Source of the DNA: Nitrosococcus oceani ATCC 19707
GTDB lineage: Bacteria > Pseudomonadota > Gammaproteobacteria > Nitrosococcales > Nitrosococcaceae
Assembly: GCF_000012805.1 (NCBI RefSeq)
Contig: NC_007484.1
Coordinates: 1,890,001-1,922,000, forward strand
DNA: 32,000 nt
Reading direction: 5' to 3'
The notes under the pieces were generated by a model. The model was not told the origin of the DNA. It searched no databases and saw only the letters and a program-made list of their open reading frames with translations. Positions within the stretch are counted from its first letter, which is position 1, and each line of letters starts with the position of its first letter. Shown here piece by piece: positions 1 to 10,799 of this stretch. The position numbers and the translations under genes were made by a program.

Positions 1-395
1 GCATCCATATCCTTGAGATGATAAACTAAGGTGAATACTTTAGAAAAATTACCACCAAAATCAAACCCTACCGATGGCCCCTGCCAGTAAACCTTTTTTT
101 CTTCCCCGCTTTTTGTATGTAAAACCCCTTCACCATAGCGGAGACCTACACCGATGGCGCCACTGCCCTCTGTACCTGTGATATAGCCATTAGGACGGCC
201 CTGCTCTTTAAATACCTTTTCTATGACGCGGGCAAGCGCCTTTGTTGTCTCACCAAAAAATTCAGAGGCTGCTGCAAGCACTGCCTCCTCTGAATACGTC
301 TCTTCCTTTAACTCGCCCTGCTTTTCAGTTGCGCCAACCGTCACGCAAGCTACTAAAAATACCGCTAATAATATTAAACGTAAAATCTTAGCCAT
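1..395 (-). CDS. DUF1134 (EipA-like) lipoprotein/periplasmic protein, partial; the C-terminus lies beyond the window edge
   Basis: Minus-strand ORF with ATG at 395-393, open to position 1, so it is absent from the supplied track. My translation is MAKILRLILLAVFLVAC... (signal peptide with LVAC lipobox) followed by NGYITGTEGSGAIGVGLRYGEGVLHTKSGEEKKVYWQGPSVGFDFGG. That glycine-rich core is characteristic of DUF1134 proteins. Confidence 0.75.
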   Translation of the reverse strand, partial: MAKILRLILLAVFLVACVTVGATEKQGELKEETYSEEAVLAAASEFFGETTKALARVIEKVFKEQGRPNGYITGTEGSGAIGVGLRYGEGVLHTKSGEEKKVYWQGPSVGFDFGGNFSKVFTLVYHLKDMD

Positions 396-424
396 TCTAG
401 TTCGCTTCCAGTGGTATTTATTAT

Positions 425-907
425 TTAATAAAGCAGAAATTCAGGCAGTAGCAAAAAACTTTCATAAACCACCAACCCAGAATAAAGAAGCAAAAAACCA
501 TAAATAAACTGCTGTACACGAAAGATACGGAATACAATAAAATTATGATGTATTATCAACCCTACAAGACCCACCCCAGTGACAGCCATTTTTACCCCTG
601 CAAAGAGCGGAATACTGAAATTGATCAATTCAGCCATAAGCGGATTTATTTCTTTAGCGCCATGTTGAAGCAACGACAAGGTAAAAATCGCATCCATAAA
701 ACATAAGATCAAAACTGCTACTATAAGCCACCACAAAGAGGCGGGATACTTGTCCAGATAACTGTTAGCAAGATCCTCACGGCGTCTAATGTAGCCCCGC
801 CGACCTTGGTGGCCCCAATAATTAAACTGCGGAAATGAGCCTACCCGCCGCTCTCCACTCCGACGCTCATGATAAATAGTCGCCTTTTCAATGATTACGT
901 AACTCAT
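425..907 (-). CDS. Small integral membrane protein, DUF5658-like
   Basis: 160-aa ORF with ATG at 907. It has an Arg-rich N-terminal segment (ERRSGERR, RRGYIRRRED) and then 3-4 hydrophobic helices containing a DAIFTLSLL...GAKEINP motif. The family assignment is from memory. Confidence 0.6.
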   Translation of the reverse strand: MSYVIIEKATIYHERRSGERRVGSFPQFNYWGHQGRRGYIRRREDLANSYLDKYPASLWWLIVAVLILCFMDAIFTLSLLQHGAKEINPLMAELINFSIPLFAGVKMAVTGVGLVGLIIHHNFIVFRIFRVQQFIYGFLLLYSGLVVYESFLLLPEFLLY

Positions 908-972
908 CAGCTTCGCTCCCTGATAGGCAATGGATAACTTTAGCTAACATAATCTAATGCAAAAACGGGGCC

Positions 973-993
973 ATAATAAATAATAAATAATAA
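973..993. repeat. Three perfect tandem copies of ATAATAA in the divergent promoter region
   Basis: Read directly: ATAATAA at 973-979, 980-986 and 987-993, between the divergently transcribed genes 425-907 (-) and 1040-1702 (+). Confidence 0.9.
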
Positions 994-1039
994 AATCAAC
1001 GATATATATCAATATGCGCTAAGGTTTGTGTAAAGTTTT

Positions 1040-1702
1040 ATGACGATTCATCTCCCTATCTCCACTTCTTCCAAAAAAAAGGAAACAGTAATTTTACTCC
1101 ATGGCATTTGGATGAAGGGACTCTATTTTTACCCCTTAGCTAAATACCTTAGCACCCAGGGTTATCGAACGATCTGTTTTGGTTACCGCTCTCTCCAAGA
1201 TAGCCCCAGCAAAACCTTGTATCATCTGCATCACTATATTGAAAGCCTAGAAACAGAAGCTATTCACTTCGTAGGACATAGCTTAGGAGGACTGTTAATA
1301 CAGCGCTTATTAAAACAATATCCTCAACAAAAACCCGGCGGGGTAGTAGCGCTTGGGACTCCCTTTACCGGCAGTATTGTTGCTCAACGGCTTTACGCCC
1401 ACCAGCTAGGGCGCTATCTTTTAGGACAAAACGCTGAGGAGAACTTGTTGATTGAAAGCGCCCCCTCCTGGCAGTCTGTTCAAAAGTTAGGGATCATTGC
1501 CGGAACCCGGAGCTTTGGCATAGGTCGATTAATTGCCCCCTTGCCTCAGCCTAATGATGGAACAGTGAGCGTTGCGGAAACAAAACTGGCGGGAATGACT
1601 GACCATTGCCTGGTCAGAACTAATCATACGGGATTGCCACTTTCCCCTATGGTAGCGAAGCTGACCGTTACTTTTTTACGTTATAACCGTTTTACCCAAT
1701 AG
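1040..1702 (+). CDS. Alpha/beta-fold hydrolase (esterase/lipase-like)
   Basis: 220-aa ORF. It has LLHGIW near the N-terminus (oxyanion region) and the nucleophile elbow GHSLGG (VGHSLGGLL). Confidence 0.8.
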   Translation: MTIHLPISTSSKKKETVILLHGIWMKGLYFYPLAKYLSTQGYRTICFGYRSLQDSPSKTLYHLHHYIESLETEAIHFVGHSLGGLLIQRLLKQYPQQKPGGVVALGTPFTGSIVAQRLYAHQLGRYLLGQNAEENLLIESAPSWQSVQKLGIIAGTRSFGIGRLIAPLPQPNDGTVSVAETKLAGMTDHCLVRTNHTGLPLSPMVAKLTVTFLRYNRFTQ

Positions 1703-1706
1703 GACC

Positions 1707-2126
1707 TTATTCTCCATACACAGTTACCGTCACCTGCCGTCGGTAGCCTGAGAAACGATGTTCCCAGAGATAAACCCCTTGCCAAGTGCCCAAGGCACAA
1801 CGGCCTTGAGTAACCGGCAGGTTGAGTTCCGAGTGGGTCAACACGGTCCGTACATGGGCAGCCATATCATCCGCGCCCTCCTGCTGATGGGTAAACAGGG
1901 GATCGCCGTCAGGCACGAGCCGGCTAAAATAAGCTTCTAAATCGTACCTCACCGCAGGATCAGCATTTTCGCAAAGCATTAATGAGGCACTAGTATGATG
2001 AAGAAAAATATGGCATAAACCTGTCTTAATATCACTGCCGGCGGCAATCCGCTGTAGCTGGTCCGTTATCTCCACCGTTCCTCGGCCTGACGTTGTAACC
2101 TCCAGCCTTTCCTGGACTACCATCAC
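1707..2126 (-). CDS. yjbQ: YjbQ/UPF0047 family protein (secondary thiamine-phosphate synthase)
   Basis: The 139-aa ORF aligns along its whole length with remembered E. coli YjbQ: HHTSASL, ENADPAVRYD, EGADDMAAH, GTWQGVYLWEH. Confidence 0.8.
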   Translation of the reverse strand: MMVVQERLEVTTSGRGTVEITDQLQRIAAGSDIKTGLCHIFLHHTSASLMLCENADPAVRYDLEAYFSRLVPDGDPLFTHQQEGADDMAAHVRTVLTHSELNLPVTQGRCALGTWQGVYLWEHRFSGYRRQVTVTVYGE

Positions 2127-2244
2127 CTTACCTCTATCTGAAAGCCTGCGTACCTCAACTTACGATTCAGGGTATTCTAAACTGCCGTTTTGCTTCAGCA
2201 TAGTACAATATCAAAATTACGTCCACGCTCAGGTAACCTTAAGG

Positions 2245-2439
2245 CTACGCCACATTACTAACCTCAGTAGCGCTAGCCTGCCGAGACTGTCGTAAAATAT
2301 CTCGCACACAACAACCACATTTACCACAGCTACTTACTACCCCCAGCTGACGTCTCAGATCACGGAGGCTATTGGTACCTTGCGAAATCGCTTCTTGCAA
2401 CTGCTTATCAGTTACGGCATGACATATACATACATACAT
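2245..2439 (-). CDS. bfd: Bacterioferritin-associated ferredoxin
   Basis: 64-aa ORF starting MYVCICHAVTD, with a second Cys pair in SSCGKCGCC. This is the BFD-like [2Fe-2S] pattern. Confidence 0.85.
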   Translation of the reverse strand: MYVCICHAVTDKQLQEAISQGTNSLRDLRRQLGVVSSCGKCGCCVRDILRQSRQASATEVSNVA

Positions 2440-2475
2440 TGTTCTAATACCATTTATCCTTTCCCTGCTAAGGAT

Positions 2476-2506
2476 CTAATTACAAATACGAATGATTGTC
2501 AATATT
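2476..2506 (-). promoter_or_regulatory. Candidate bfd promoter with an overlapping Fur-box-like motif
   Basis: On the bfd sense strand the sequence reads ATATTGACAATCATTCGT. It contains a perfect -35 hexamer TTGACA (plus-strand 2497-2502). The 19-mer at 2488-2506 matches the Fur consensus GATAATGATAATCATTATC at about 13/19 positions by my hand alignment. Confidence 0.35.
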
Positions 2507-2546
2507 AAATTTTGTTCTTTGAGCAAAAACATGTAGAAGCCAGTTT

Positions 2547-4595
<2,049 letters not shown>

Positions 4596-4610
4596 CTAAA
4601 TAATAGGGAA

Positions 4611-5507
4611 CTATTTGCCCTGCGCTCCCAGGGATCGACTAGCCCGATTAAAAGCGAGGATGCGTTCCCGCACTTGCTCAAGCGCCTGGGCAGTAAGTAT
4701 ATTGCGCCGCTCATCACGGACCTCTCCGTTTAGCTTCTCGGCTAAAAGCCGGGCTATTTCCAACATCGCATCGAATGCAGCAAAACCACCTGCTGCTCCA
4801 GGCAAGCGCATAAACAAAGCAAGCCCAGTAGTAGAAAAACGCTCTATTTGTTCCAAATTGAATGATCCCGGCTCCATGATATTAGCCACACTAAATATAG
4901 CTCTCCCTCCAGGGGAATAGGCATGATAAATATTCATTTCTCCATACCGTAAACCTTTGTCTTCCAAGACCCGCACAATATCTTTGCCTCGAAACATACT
5001 CTTTCCTCGCGCCATCACCGTAAGCACAATCACCAACTCAGGCCCTGTTGGTTGCGGTGATAGTTTTTCAGGTCTAGGTTTTGCCTTGAGCCATTTCTTT
5101 GGAAAGGCAAACCGGCTTTTTTTAGTATCCTTAGGCGGTATGACCTCGTTGCACTCTGACTCCTTTTTCGAATGAGTTTCTTTAGCCTCTTCTACAAGCG
5201 TAGCTGGCTCATCGAAATTTTCCAGATTCCCCAAAAGTTCTTCTTCCTGTTCTCTCAAATTTTGGTTTTTTTCTGGAATTTGAGGGGATTGATTAAACAT
5301 AGCTTTCTGTGATGTTTCTTGAGATCCGCCAGCAGGCTCCATTGGAGTTTCTAAACTCTCATCATAAGTTCCCAGCGTTGGCATCCGTCTACGCCCTCGT
5401 TCCTGCTCACGAATGTCTTTCCGGCGATTTTCCCATCGACTATAAAAGTAAATGACTACCAGAATCAAGGCGCCAATCATAAGCAATGCTAAGCGTAGAT
5501 CATTCAT
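4611..5507 (-). CDS. zipA: Cell division protein ZipA
   Basis: 298 aa. It has an N-terminal transmembrane anchor (LALLMIGALILVVIYFY), a charged P/E/Q-rich linker and a C-terminal FtsZ-binding domain (GEMNIYH...FSVANIMEPGSF). It sits between smc and ligA. Confidence 0.85.
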   Translation of the reverse strand: MNDLRLALLMIGALILVVIYFYSRWENRRKDIREQERGRRRMPTLGTYDESLETPMEPAGGSQETSQKAMFNQSPQIPEKNQNLREQEEELLGNLENFDEPATLVEEAKETHSKKESECNEVIPPKDTKKSRFAFPKKWLKAKPRPEKLSPQPTGPELVIVLTVMARGKSMFRGKDIVRVLEDKGLRYGEMNIYHAYSPGGRAIFSVANIMEPGSFNLEQIERFSTTGLALFMRLPGAAGGFAAFDAMLEIARLLAEKLNGEVRDERRNILTAQALEQVRERILAFNRASRSLGAQGK

Positions 5508-5519
5508 AAAATCTCCCCG

Positions 5520-8500
5520 CTAAATGGCGGCCAGTTGCACAGCCTCATCCACATCCACCGCAACCAGGCGTGAGACGCCAGGCTCATGCATGGTCACTCC
5601 AGTAAGTTGATGTCCAATCTCCATAGTTACCTTATTGTGAGTCACAATAATAAATTGCAATTTAACCGACATTTCCTTTACCAGTTCACAAAAACGCTCC
5701 ACATTTGCATCATCAAGCGGGGCATCAACCTCATCTAACATACAAAAGGGTGCTGGATTGAGTTGAAAAATAGCAAATACCAGCGCTACCGCAGTGAGTG
5801 CCTTTTCTCCCCCTGAGAGCAAATGAATGGTGCTGTTTCGCTTGCCTGGGGGGCGCGCCATAATTTTAACACCAGTATTCAGCAAATCATCATCATTCAA
5901 CTCTAAGTAGGCCTTGCCTCCTCCGAAGAGTTTGGGAAAAAGAGTTTGCAAACCACCATTCACCTTATCAAAGGTTTCTCGAAAGCGACGGCGGGTTTCA
6001 CGGTCAATACGCTCAATGGCATTTTCTAGAGTTTGCAATGCCTCAGTTAAATCAGCATGCTGAGCATCTAAATACTGCTTACGTTCCGCCTGAATGCGGC
6101 ATTCATCAATAGCCGCTAAATTAATAAGTCCAAGGCGCTGAATACGTAGGGCAATGCGTTCGCTTTCCGCTTCCAGGGCAGCTAAATCACTCTCCTCAGA
6201 CATTTCCCGTAATATTTCTTCGGGGCTGAATCCTGCTGCCTGCAATGGCTCCTTGAGAGTTTGAGCCCGCACCCAGATTGCTTGCCTATCAACACGGAGC
6301 CGCTCCAAAGAGGTTCGTTGCGACTCAAGCGTTCTTCCTATCTCGTGCTTTTTTTGTTCGTCTGTCCGCAACTGTGATTCTAATCTAGTCACTCGTTCTC
6401 GTGCTTCGTTTAATTGGCGCTCGATGCTCATTCGCTGTTGCAAATGGGTTTCCAGCTGCGTTTGAAGTTCCTGCAGGGGTGTTTCTCCACTCGCTAGGGT
6501 AACCTCCAATGCCTCCCTACGTTGAAGCAACTCATTATATTCCCTGCGAATTTGAATCACCGCTTGTTGAGTCGCCTCTAAGGTCGTCTGGAGAGAATGC
6601 CCCTCCATCTCTAGCCGATGCAAGTTATCTTTCGCTGCTCCGGTCTCACCCCGAAGCTGATTCAAGGACGCTCGTAATCGATCCCGCTGCTTTATAAGTT
6701 GCTCCCGCTCCTCGGCGAAACTTTCCATGTCCATCAACGCCTCTTGGAGGCAGGTTTCCGCCAATTGCCGTTCTCTTTCGTCCTCAGCAAGATGGGTTTG
6801 GATTTCTTCCAATTCTTCCTGCACCTGCCTTTGACGGAGTTGGTGCTGTTCCTGTTTGGCCTCTACCCGCGCCAGAGCGGATTGGCATCCTCCCAACTCC
6901 CTTTGGAACTGATGCAATACTTTTTGTTGACGCTCCTGTTCGCTCTCTAGCGTGTAAAAACGCCCTCGGACTTCTTCTAACTGTTTATCAAGGGCTTCCA
7001 CTTCCCGTTCGCAATGCGTCATCTCCTCCTGTAAACGGGCTATTTCCCGCCCCCTCGCTAGCGCCCCCAATTTCCCATCATCTTCTCGAACTAGACTAAG
7101 CCAGGCTAAACTCAGCCAAATGCCGTTGCGGGTCATAATCGACTCCCCGGGAGCGAGACTGGCCCGCAAAACTAATGCCTCAGCTAGCGTTTCTACCGCG
7201 TAGACTCCTCCCAATATCGAGTCCAAAGGCCACGGGGCTCGCACTTTACTTAATAGCAAAGGAACCCCGCTTTCCGTTCTGTTAGCTTGGGCGGACACCG
7301 CCGTGTCAAAAAGGATGAGAGACCCCGCCTCTAAATTTAAGAGCCCATCAGCTAGCCGCTCCCAGCCCGCCACGCACACAGCCTCCATGTGTATCCCTAA
7401 GGCGCGCTCTACCGCCTGTTCCCATCCGGGTTCAACTTCCAAGCCCTCGGCTAGGCGCAAGCTATCCGCCAGGTTCTGTTGCGCTAGCCAGGCATCCGCT
7501 CCGCCATCACTGCGGCCAAGAGCAGCCTGCTGCAGTGCTTGTAAGGAGGCCAACCGACCCTGTAAATGATGCCGCTCTCTTTGCTTACCATGAAGCTTTC
7601 TAGAAAGCTGTTTTTCTTGCTCTCGATATTCAGCAGCCTGAGCAACGCAATCCGCTAGGGCTTTTTGCTGCCGAGCCAGTTCCTGCTCTAGAATGAATTG
7701 TTCCTCTCGTAGCTCCTCCAATAGATTCGCATCATCCCCCTCAAGCAACTGCCTAGCCTCCTCTTCAAGACGGACCCTACGCTGCTGCAATTGCTCCTGT
7801 TGCCGCGTTAGTTGTTGCTGTCGGCTCCGTTCTACCTGAGCTCGCTGAGTGGGTTCTGCCGCCCGCTGATTGAAATCATCCCAACTCGCCTGCCAATCCT
7901 GCATAGCGGTTTCGGTGGTTTCCATCATCTCCTGGGCAGCCTGAAATTGCTGTTGTGCCCCCCTCTCAGACTCAACATGGCTCACTAAGGCTTGCCGGGT
8001 TTGCCCGATAAGCGCTGACTTCTCCTCTTGGAGCTGCTCTGTCCGCGTTAACCGATGCGCTATTTGCGCCTGCTCTTGCTGATGCTGCGCGCGCTGCGCC
8101 CGCTGATGATGAAGTTGCTGTTCAAGGCGGGCGATCTCGGCCCCCTGGCTATAATAAATTTCTTGAATTTCAACTGCCTTATCCCTAGCTTGATGAAGTG
8201 CTTCCCCCTGCTGCTCCAATTGGGCTTCCACTCGCCGCAGATCCGCTGTGCATCCTTCTAAAAGCGTTTCTTGGTGTTCAATTTGCCGGTTTTGTTGATG
8301 CGCCTCTTCATTCAGTGCTCGCCAACGCAGGGCCTCGATTTGAGCTTTAATTTTCCGTTTTAACTGCTTTAATTCTTGATACTTTTCCGCTTGCTTGGCT
8401 TGGCGCTTTAAAGTGTTAAGCTGTCTCTCAATTTCCTCTCTTAAGTCGTTAATACGATTAAGGTTATCAACCGTATGCCCCATGCGGTTTTCAGTTTCTC

Positions 8501-9032
8501 GGCGGCGCTCCTTGTATTTGGAAATGCCCGCAGCTTCTTCCAGAAAAACCCGAAGCTCTTCGGGCTTAGCCTCAATAAGGCGAGAAATCATGCCCTGCTC
8601 GATAATCGCATAGCTCCGTGGTCCCAGGCCGGTGCCAAGAAAAATATCGGTAATATCACGGCGACGGCAGCGGGCGCCATTCAGGAAATAACAGGACTGG
8701 CCATCCCGGCTGACCTGGCGCTTGATAGCAATCTCATTATAAGCTGCATATTGGCCTCCTAGATTTCCTTTACTATTATCAAATACCAACTCCACGGAGC
8801 ATTGTCCTACCGGCTTGCGGGAAGTCGAACCATTGAAAATGACATCCGCCATGGAATCACCGCGTAAGTGCTTGGCCGAACTCTCTCCCATCACCCAACG
8901 CACAGCATCAATGATATTGGATTTTCCGCAGCCATTAGGCCCGACAATAGCCATCCGGTTACTAGGCAAGGGCAAACTGGTAGGATCGACAAAAGACTTA
9001 AAACCAACAAGCTTGATTTTCTTTAAGCGCAT
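5520..9032 (-). CDS. smc: Chromosome segregation protein SMC
   Basis: 1170 aa. Walker A GPNGCGKSN, long Q/E/R-rich coiled coils, a hinge, the signature LSGGEK and Walker B LDEVDAPLD. Confidence 0.97.
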   Translation of the reverse strand: MRLKKIKLVGFKSFVDPTSLPLPSNRMAIVGPNGCGKSNIIDAVRWVMGESSAKHLRGDSMADVIFNGSTSRKPVGQCSVELVFDNSKGNLGGQYAAYNEIAIKRQVSRDGQSCYFLNGARCRRRDITDIFLGTGLGPRSYAIIEQGMISRLIEAKPEELRVFLEEAAGISKYKERRRETENRMGHTVDNLNRINDLREEIERQLNTLKRQAKQAEKYQELKQLKRKIKAQIEALRWRALNEEAHQQNRQIEHQETLLEGCTADLRRVEAQLEQQGEALHQARDKAVEIQEIYYSQGAEIARLEQQLHHQRAQRAQHQQEQAQIAHRLTRTEQLQEEKSALIGQTRQALVSHVESERGAQQQFQAAQEMMETTETAMQDWQASWDDFNQRAAEPTQRAQVERSRQQQLTRQQEQLQQRRVRLEEEARQLLEGDDANLLEELREEQFILEQELARQQKALADCVAQAAEYREQEKQLSRKLHGKQRERHHLQGRLASLQALQQAALGRSDGGADAWLAQQNLADSLRLAEGLEVEPGWEQAVERALGIHMEAVCVAGWERLADGLLNLEAGSLILFDTAVSAQANRTESGVPLLLSKVRAPWPLDSILGGVYAVETLAEALVLRASLAPGESIMTRNGIWLSLAWLSLVREDDGKLGALARGREIARLQEEMTHCEREVEALDKQLEEVRGRFYTLESEQERQQKVLHQFQRELGGCQSALARVEAKQEQHQLRQRQVQEELEEIQTHLAEDERERQLAETCLQEALMDMESFAEEREQLIKQRDRLRASLNQLRGETGAAKDNLHRLEMEGHSLQTTLEATQQAVIQIRREYNELLQRREALEVTLASGETPLQELQTQLETHLQQRMSIERQLNEARERVTRLESQLRTDEQKKHEIGRTLESQRTSLERLRVDRQAIWVRAQTLKEPLQAAGFSPEEILREMSEESDLAALEAESERIALRIQRLGLINLAAIDECRIQAERKQYLDAQHADLTEALQTLENAIERIDRETRRRFRETFDKVNGGLQTLFPKLFGGGKAYLELNDDDLLNTGVKIMARPPGKRNSTIHLLSGGEKALTAVALVFAIFQLNPAPFCMLDEVDAPLDDANVERFCELVKEMSVKLQFIIVTHNKVTMEIGHQLTGVTMHEPGVSRLVAVDVDEAVQLAAI

Positions 9033-9101
9033 GGAATGGATTTAAGCGATAATATAAAAAGCTAAATTTGAAATGCGCAACGCTAACACAGAGACAGCAA
9101 G

Positions 9102-9491
9102 ATGCCTAGCCAACCGAATCGTGAACTGGAAACCTTTGCCAATCCCTTGCCGGAACGGGACTATACTATTCGAATTCGGATTCCAGAATTTACCTGCTTA
9201 TGCCCAAAGACGGGCCAGCCTGATTTCGCCACCTTACAGCTAGAGTACGTGCCCGACCAGGCTTGCGTGGAATTAAAATCGCTCAAACTCTATATCTGGT
9301 CCTATCGGGATCAAGGCGCTTTCCACGAAGCAGTTACCAATCAAATCCTAGACGATCTCACCGCTGTTTGTAAGCCCCGCTTTATGCGCCTCACCGCGGA
9401 GTTCAACGTTCGCGGGGGCATTTACACCACAGTAGCGGCCGAATACCGCCAACCCGGTTGGGATGCGCCCAAGATAGTCCGGCTGCCTTGA
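9102..9491 (+). CDS. queF: NADPH-dependent 7-cyano-7-deazaguanine reductase (short, unimodular type)
   Basis: 129 aa with the QueF motif [15 protein letters not shown] and the catalytic Cys. Confidence 0.9.
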   Translation: MPSQPNRELETFANPLPERDYTIRIRIPEFTCLCPKTGQPDFATLQLEYVPDQACVELKSLKLYIWSYRDQGAFHEAVTNQILDDLTAVCKPRFMRLTAEFNVRGGIYTTVAAEYRQPGWDAPKIVRLP

Positions 9492-9492
9492 A

Positions 9493-10773
9493 ATGTCCTC
9501 TGATCTTTTTCTTGGTATTGACATGGGCACTTCAGGCTGCCGAATCATTGCTATCAATGAGATGGGGGAAATCCGGGGCCGCAGCCATGTTTCCCTGCCT
9601 CCTCCCCAGCGGCAAGGAAGGGCGATAGAACAGGATCCAGAGCAATGGTGGCAAGCCATCAAGCAAGCTTTTACAAATCTGTTTCAGGAGGTGCCCGCCA
9701 AGGCAGTTCGCTCCCTTGCTGTTGATGGAACTTCCGGTACGGTGGTCTTAGTAGATAAAAAAGGGAGTCCTTTAACTCCCGCCTTACTCTATAATGACAG
9801 CCGCAACCATGCTGAAGCGCACCTCATTGCCGAGCAGGCCCCTCCCCATAGCGGCGCCTTGGGTCCCACTTCTAGTCTAGCGAAACTGCTCTATTTGCAG
9901 ACCCGTCCAGAGGCGCTTCAGGCAGCTTACCTGCTGCATCAAGCAGATTGGATCGCCTTCCGTTTAGGGGCAAAGTTGGGGATCAGCGACGAAAATAATT
10001 GCCTTAAGACAGGATATGACTCCAACCAGCAAGAATGGCCTGACTGGCTCGACCGAGTGGGTGTACGCCGCGAACTGCTGCCGACGGTAGTTCCTCCCGG
10101 AACCCTAATTGGCACCATTGACCCCTCCCATACAGAAACGTTTCAAATCCCCCCCCAGGCGAAGTTAGTGGCGGGCACCACCGATAGTATTGCTGCCTTT
10201 ATAGCTACCGGGGCGGGAAAACCAGGAGACGCTGTCACCTCCCTTGGTTCTACCTTAGCGCTCAAGGTAGCCTCCGAACGCCCCATTTTTAGCGCAAAAT
10301 ATGGCATTTACAGCCATCGCCTAGGCAGGCTTTGGCTGGCTGGTGGCGCTTCTAATAGTGGTGGCATTGTTCTGCGGCAGTATTTTACTCAAGCTCAACT
10401 CGATGAGATGACTCCCCATCTTCAGCCACAGCAAATTACGGGATTGAATTACTATCCTCTACCCGCCCAGGGCGAGCGCTTTCCCGTTCCAGACCCCCAC
10501 TATTCGCCATGTCTCGCTCCCCGTCCCCGTGATGATATAACCTTCTTTCAAGCTATTCTGGAGGGTATTGCCCGTATTGAAGCCCAAGGTTATCGTCAAC
10601 TTCAATCGCTAGGCGCCCCTTTCCCCAGCCTGGTGAAAACCACTGGCGGAGGTGCTCACAATCCCGCTTGGTTGCAAATAAGGGAACACACCCTTCGGGT
10701 TCCGGTGATTGCTGCCCATGAGACCGAGGCCGCCTATGGGAGCGCATTATTAGCGCGTCAGGCTCTCTCCTGA
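9493..10773 (+). CDS. FGGY-family carbohydrate kinase, substrate unknown
   Basis: 426 aa. N-terminal GIDMGTSGCR phosphate-1 motif, internal GTTDS, and C-terminal GGGAHNPAW. The start lies 1 nt after the queF stop. Confidence 0.8.
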   Translation: MSSDLFLGIDMGTSGCRIIAINEMGEIRGRSHVSLPPPQRQGRAIEQDPEQWWQAIKQAFTNLFQEVPAKAVRSLAVDGTSGTVVLVDKKGSPLTPALLYNDSRNHAEAHLIAEQAPPHSGALGPTSSLAKLLYLQTRPEALQAAYLLHQADWIAFRLGAKLGISDENNCLKTGYDSNQQEWPDWLDRVGVRRELLPTVVPPGTLIGTIDPSHTETFQIPPQAKLVAGTTDSIAAFIATGAGKPGDAVTSLGSTLALKVASERPIFSAKYGIYSHRLGRLWLAGGASNSGGIVLRQYFTQAQLDEMTPHLQPQQITGLNYYPLPAQGERFPVPDPHYSPCLAPRPRDDITFFQAILEGIARIEAQGYRQLQSLGAPFPSLVKTTGGGAHNPAWLQIREHTLRVPVIAAHETEAAYGSALLARQALS

Positions 10774-10799
10774 GCCCCCCTCTATTAATTATATTAGCT

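Noticed and set aside
223-507. 94-aa plus-strand ORF from the track
   Set aside because: It lies antisense to the well-supported DUF1134 gene (1-395) and to the 3' end of the membrane protein gene (425-907). Its composition is low-complexity and it has no recognisable motif.
5900-8400. Apparent repetitiveness (CAG/GAG/CGC-rich periodicity) in the middle of smc
   Set aside because: It is explained by heptad-like coiled-coil coding for Gln, Glu, Arg and Leu. I found no exact tandem DNA repeat unit.
6509-9045. Seven plus-strand ORFs (62-95 aa) inside smc
   Set aside because: All are antisense shadows of the 1170-aa SMC frame. Long stop-free antisense runs are expected opposite the codon-biased Q/E/R/L-rich coiled-coil region, and none has a recognisable domain.
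9033-9101. preQ1 riboswitch upstream of queF
   Set aside because: The 69-nt spacer is shared with the divergent smc promoter. It shows no compact hairpin with an A-rich tail as in the preQ1 class I/II pattern.
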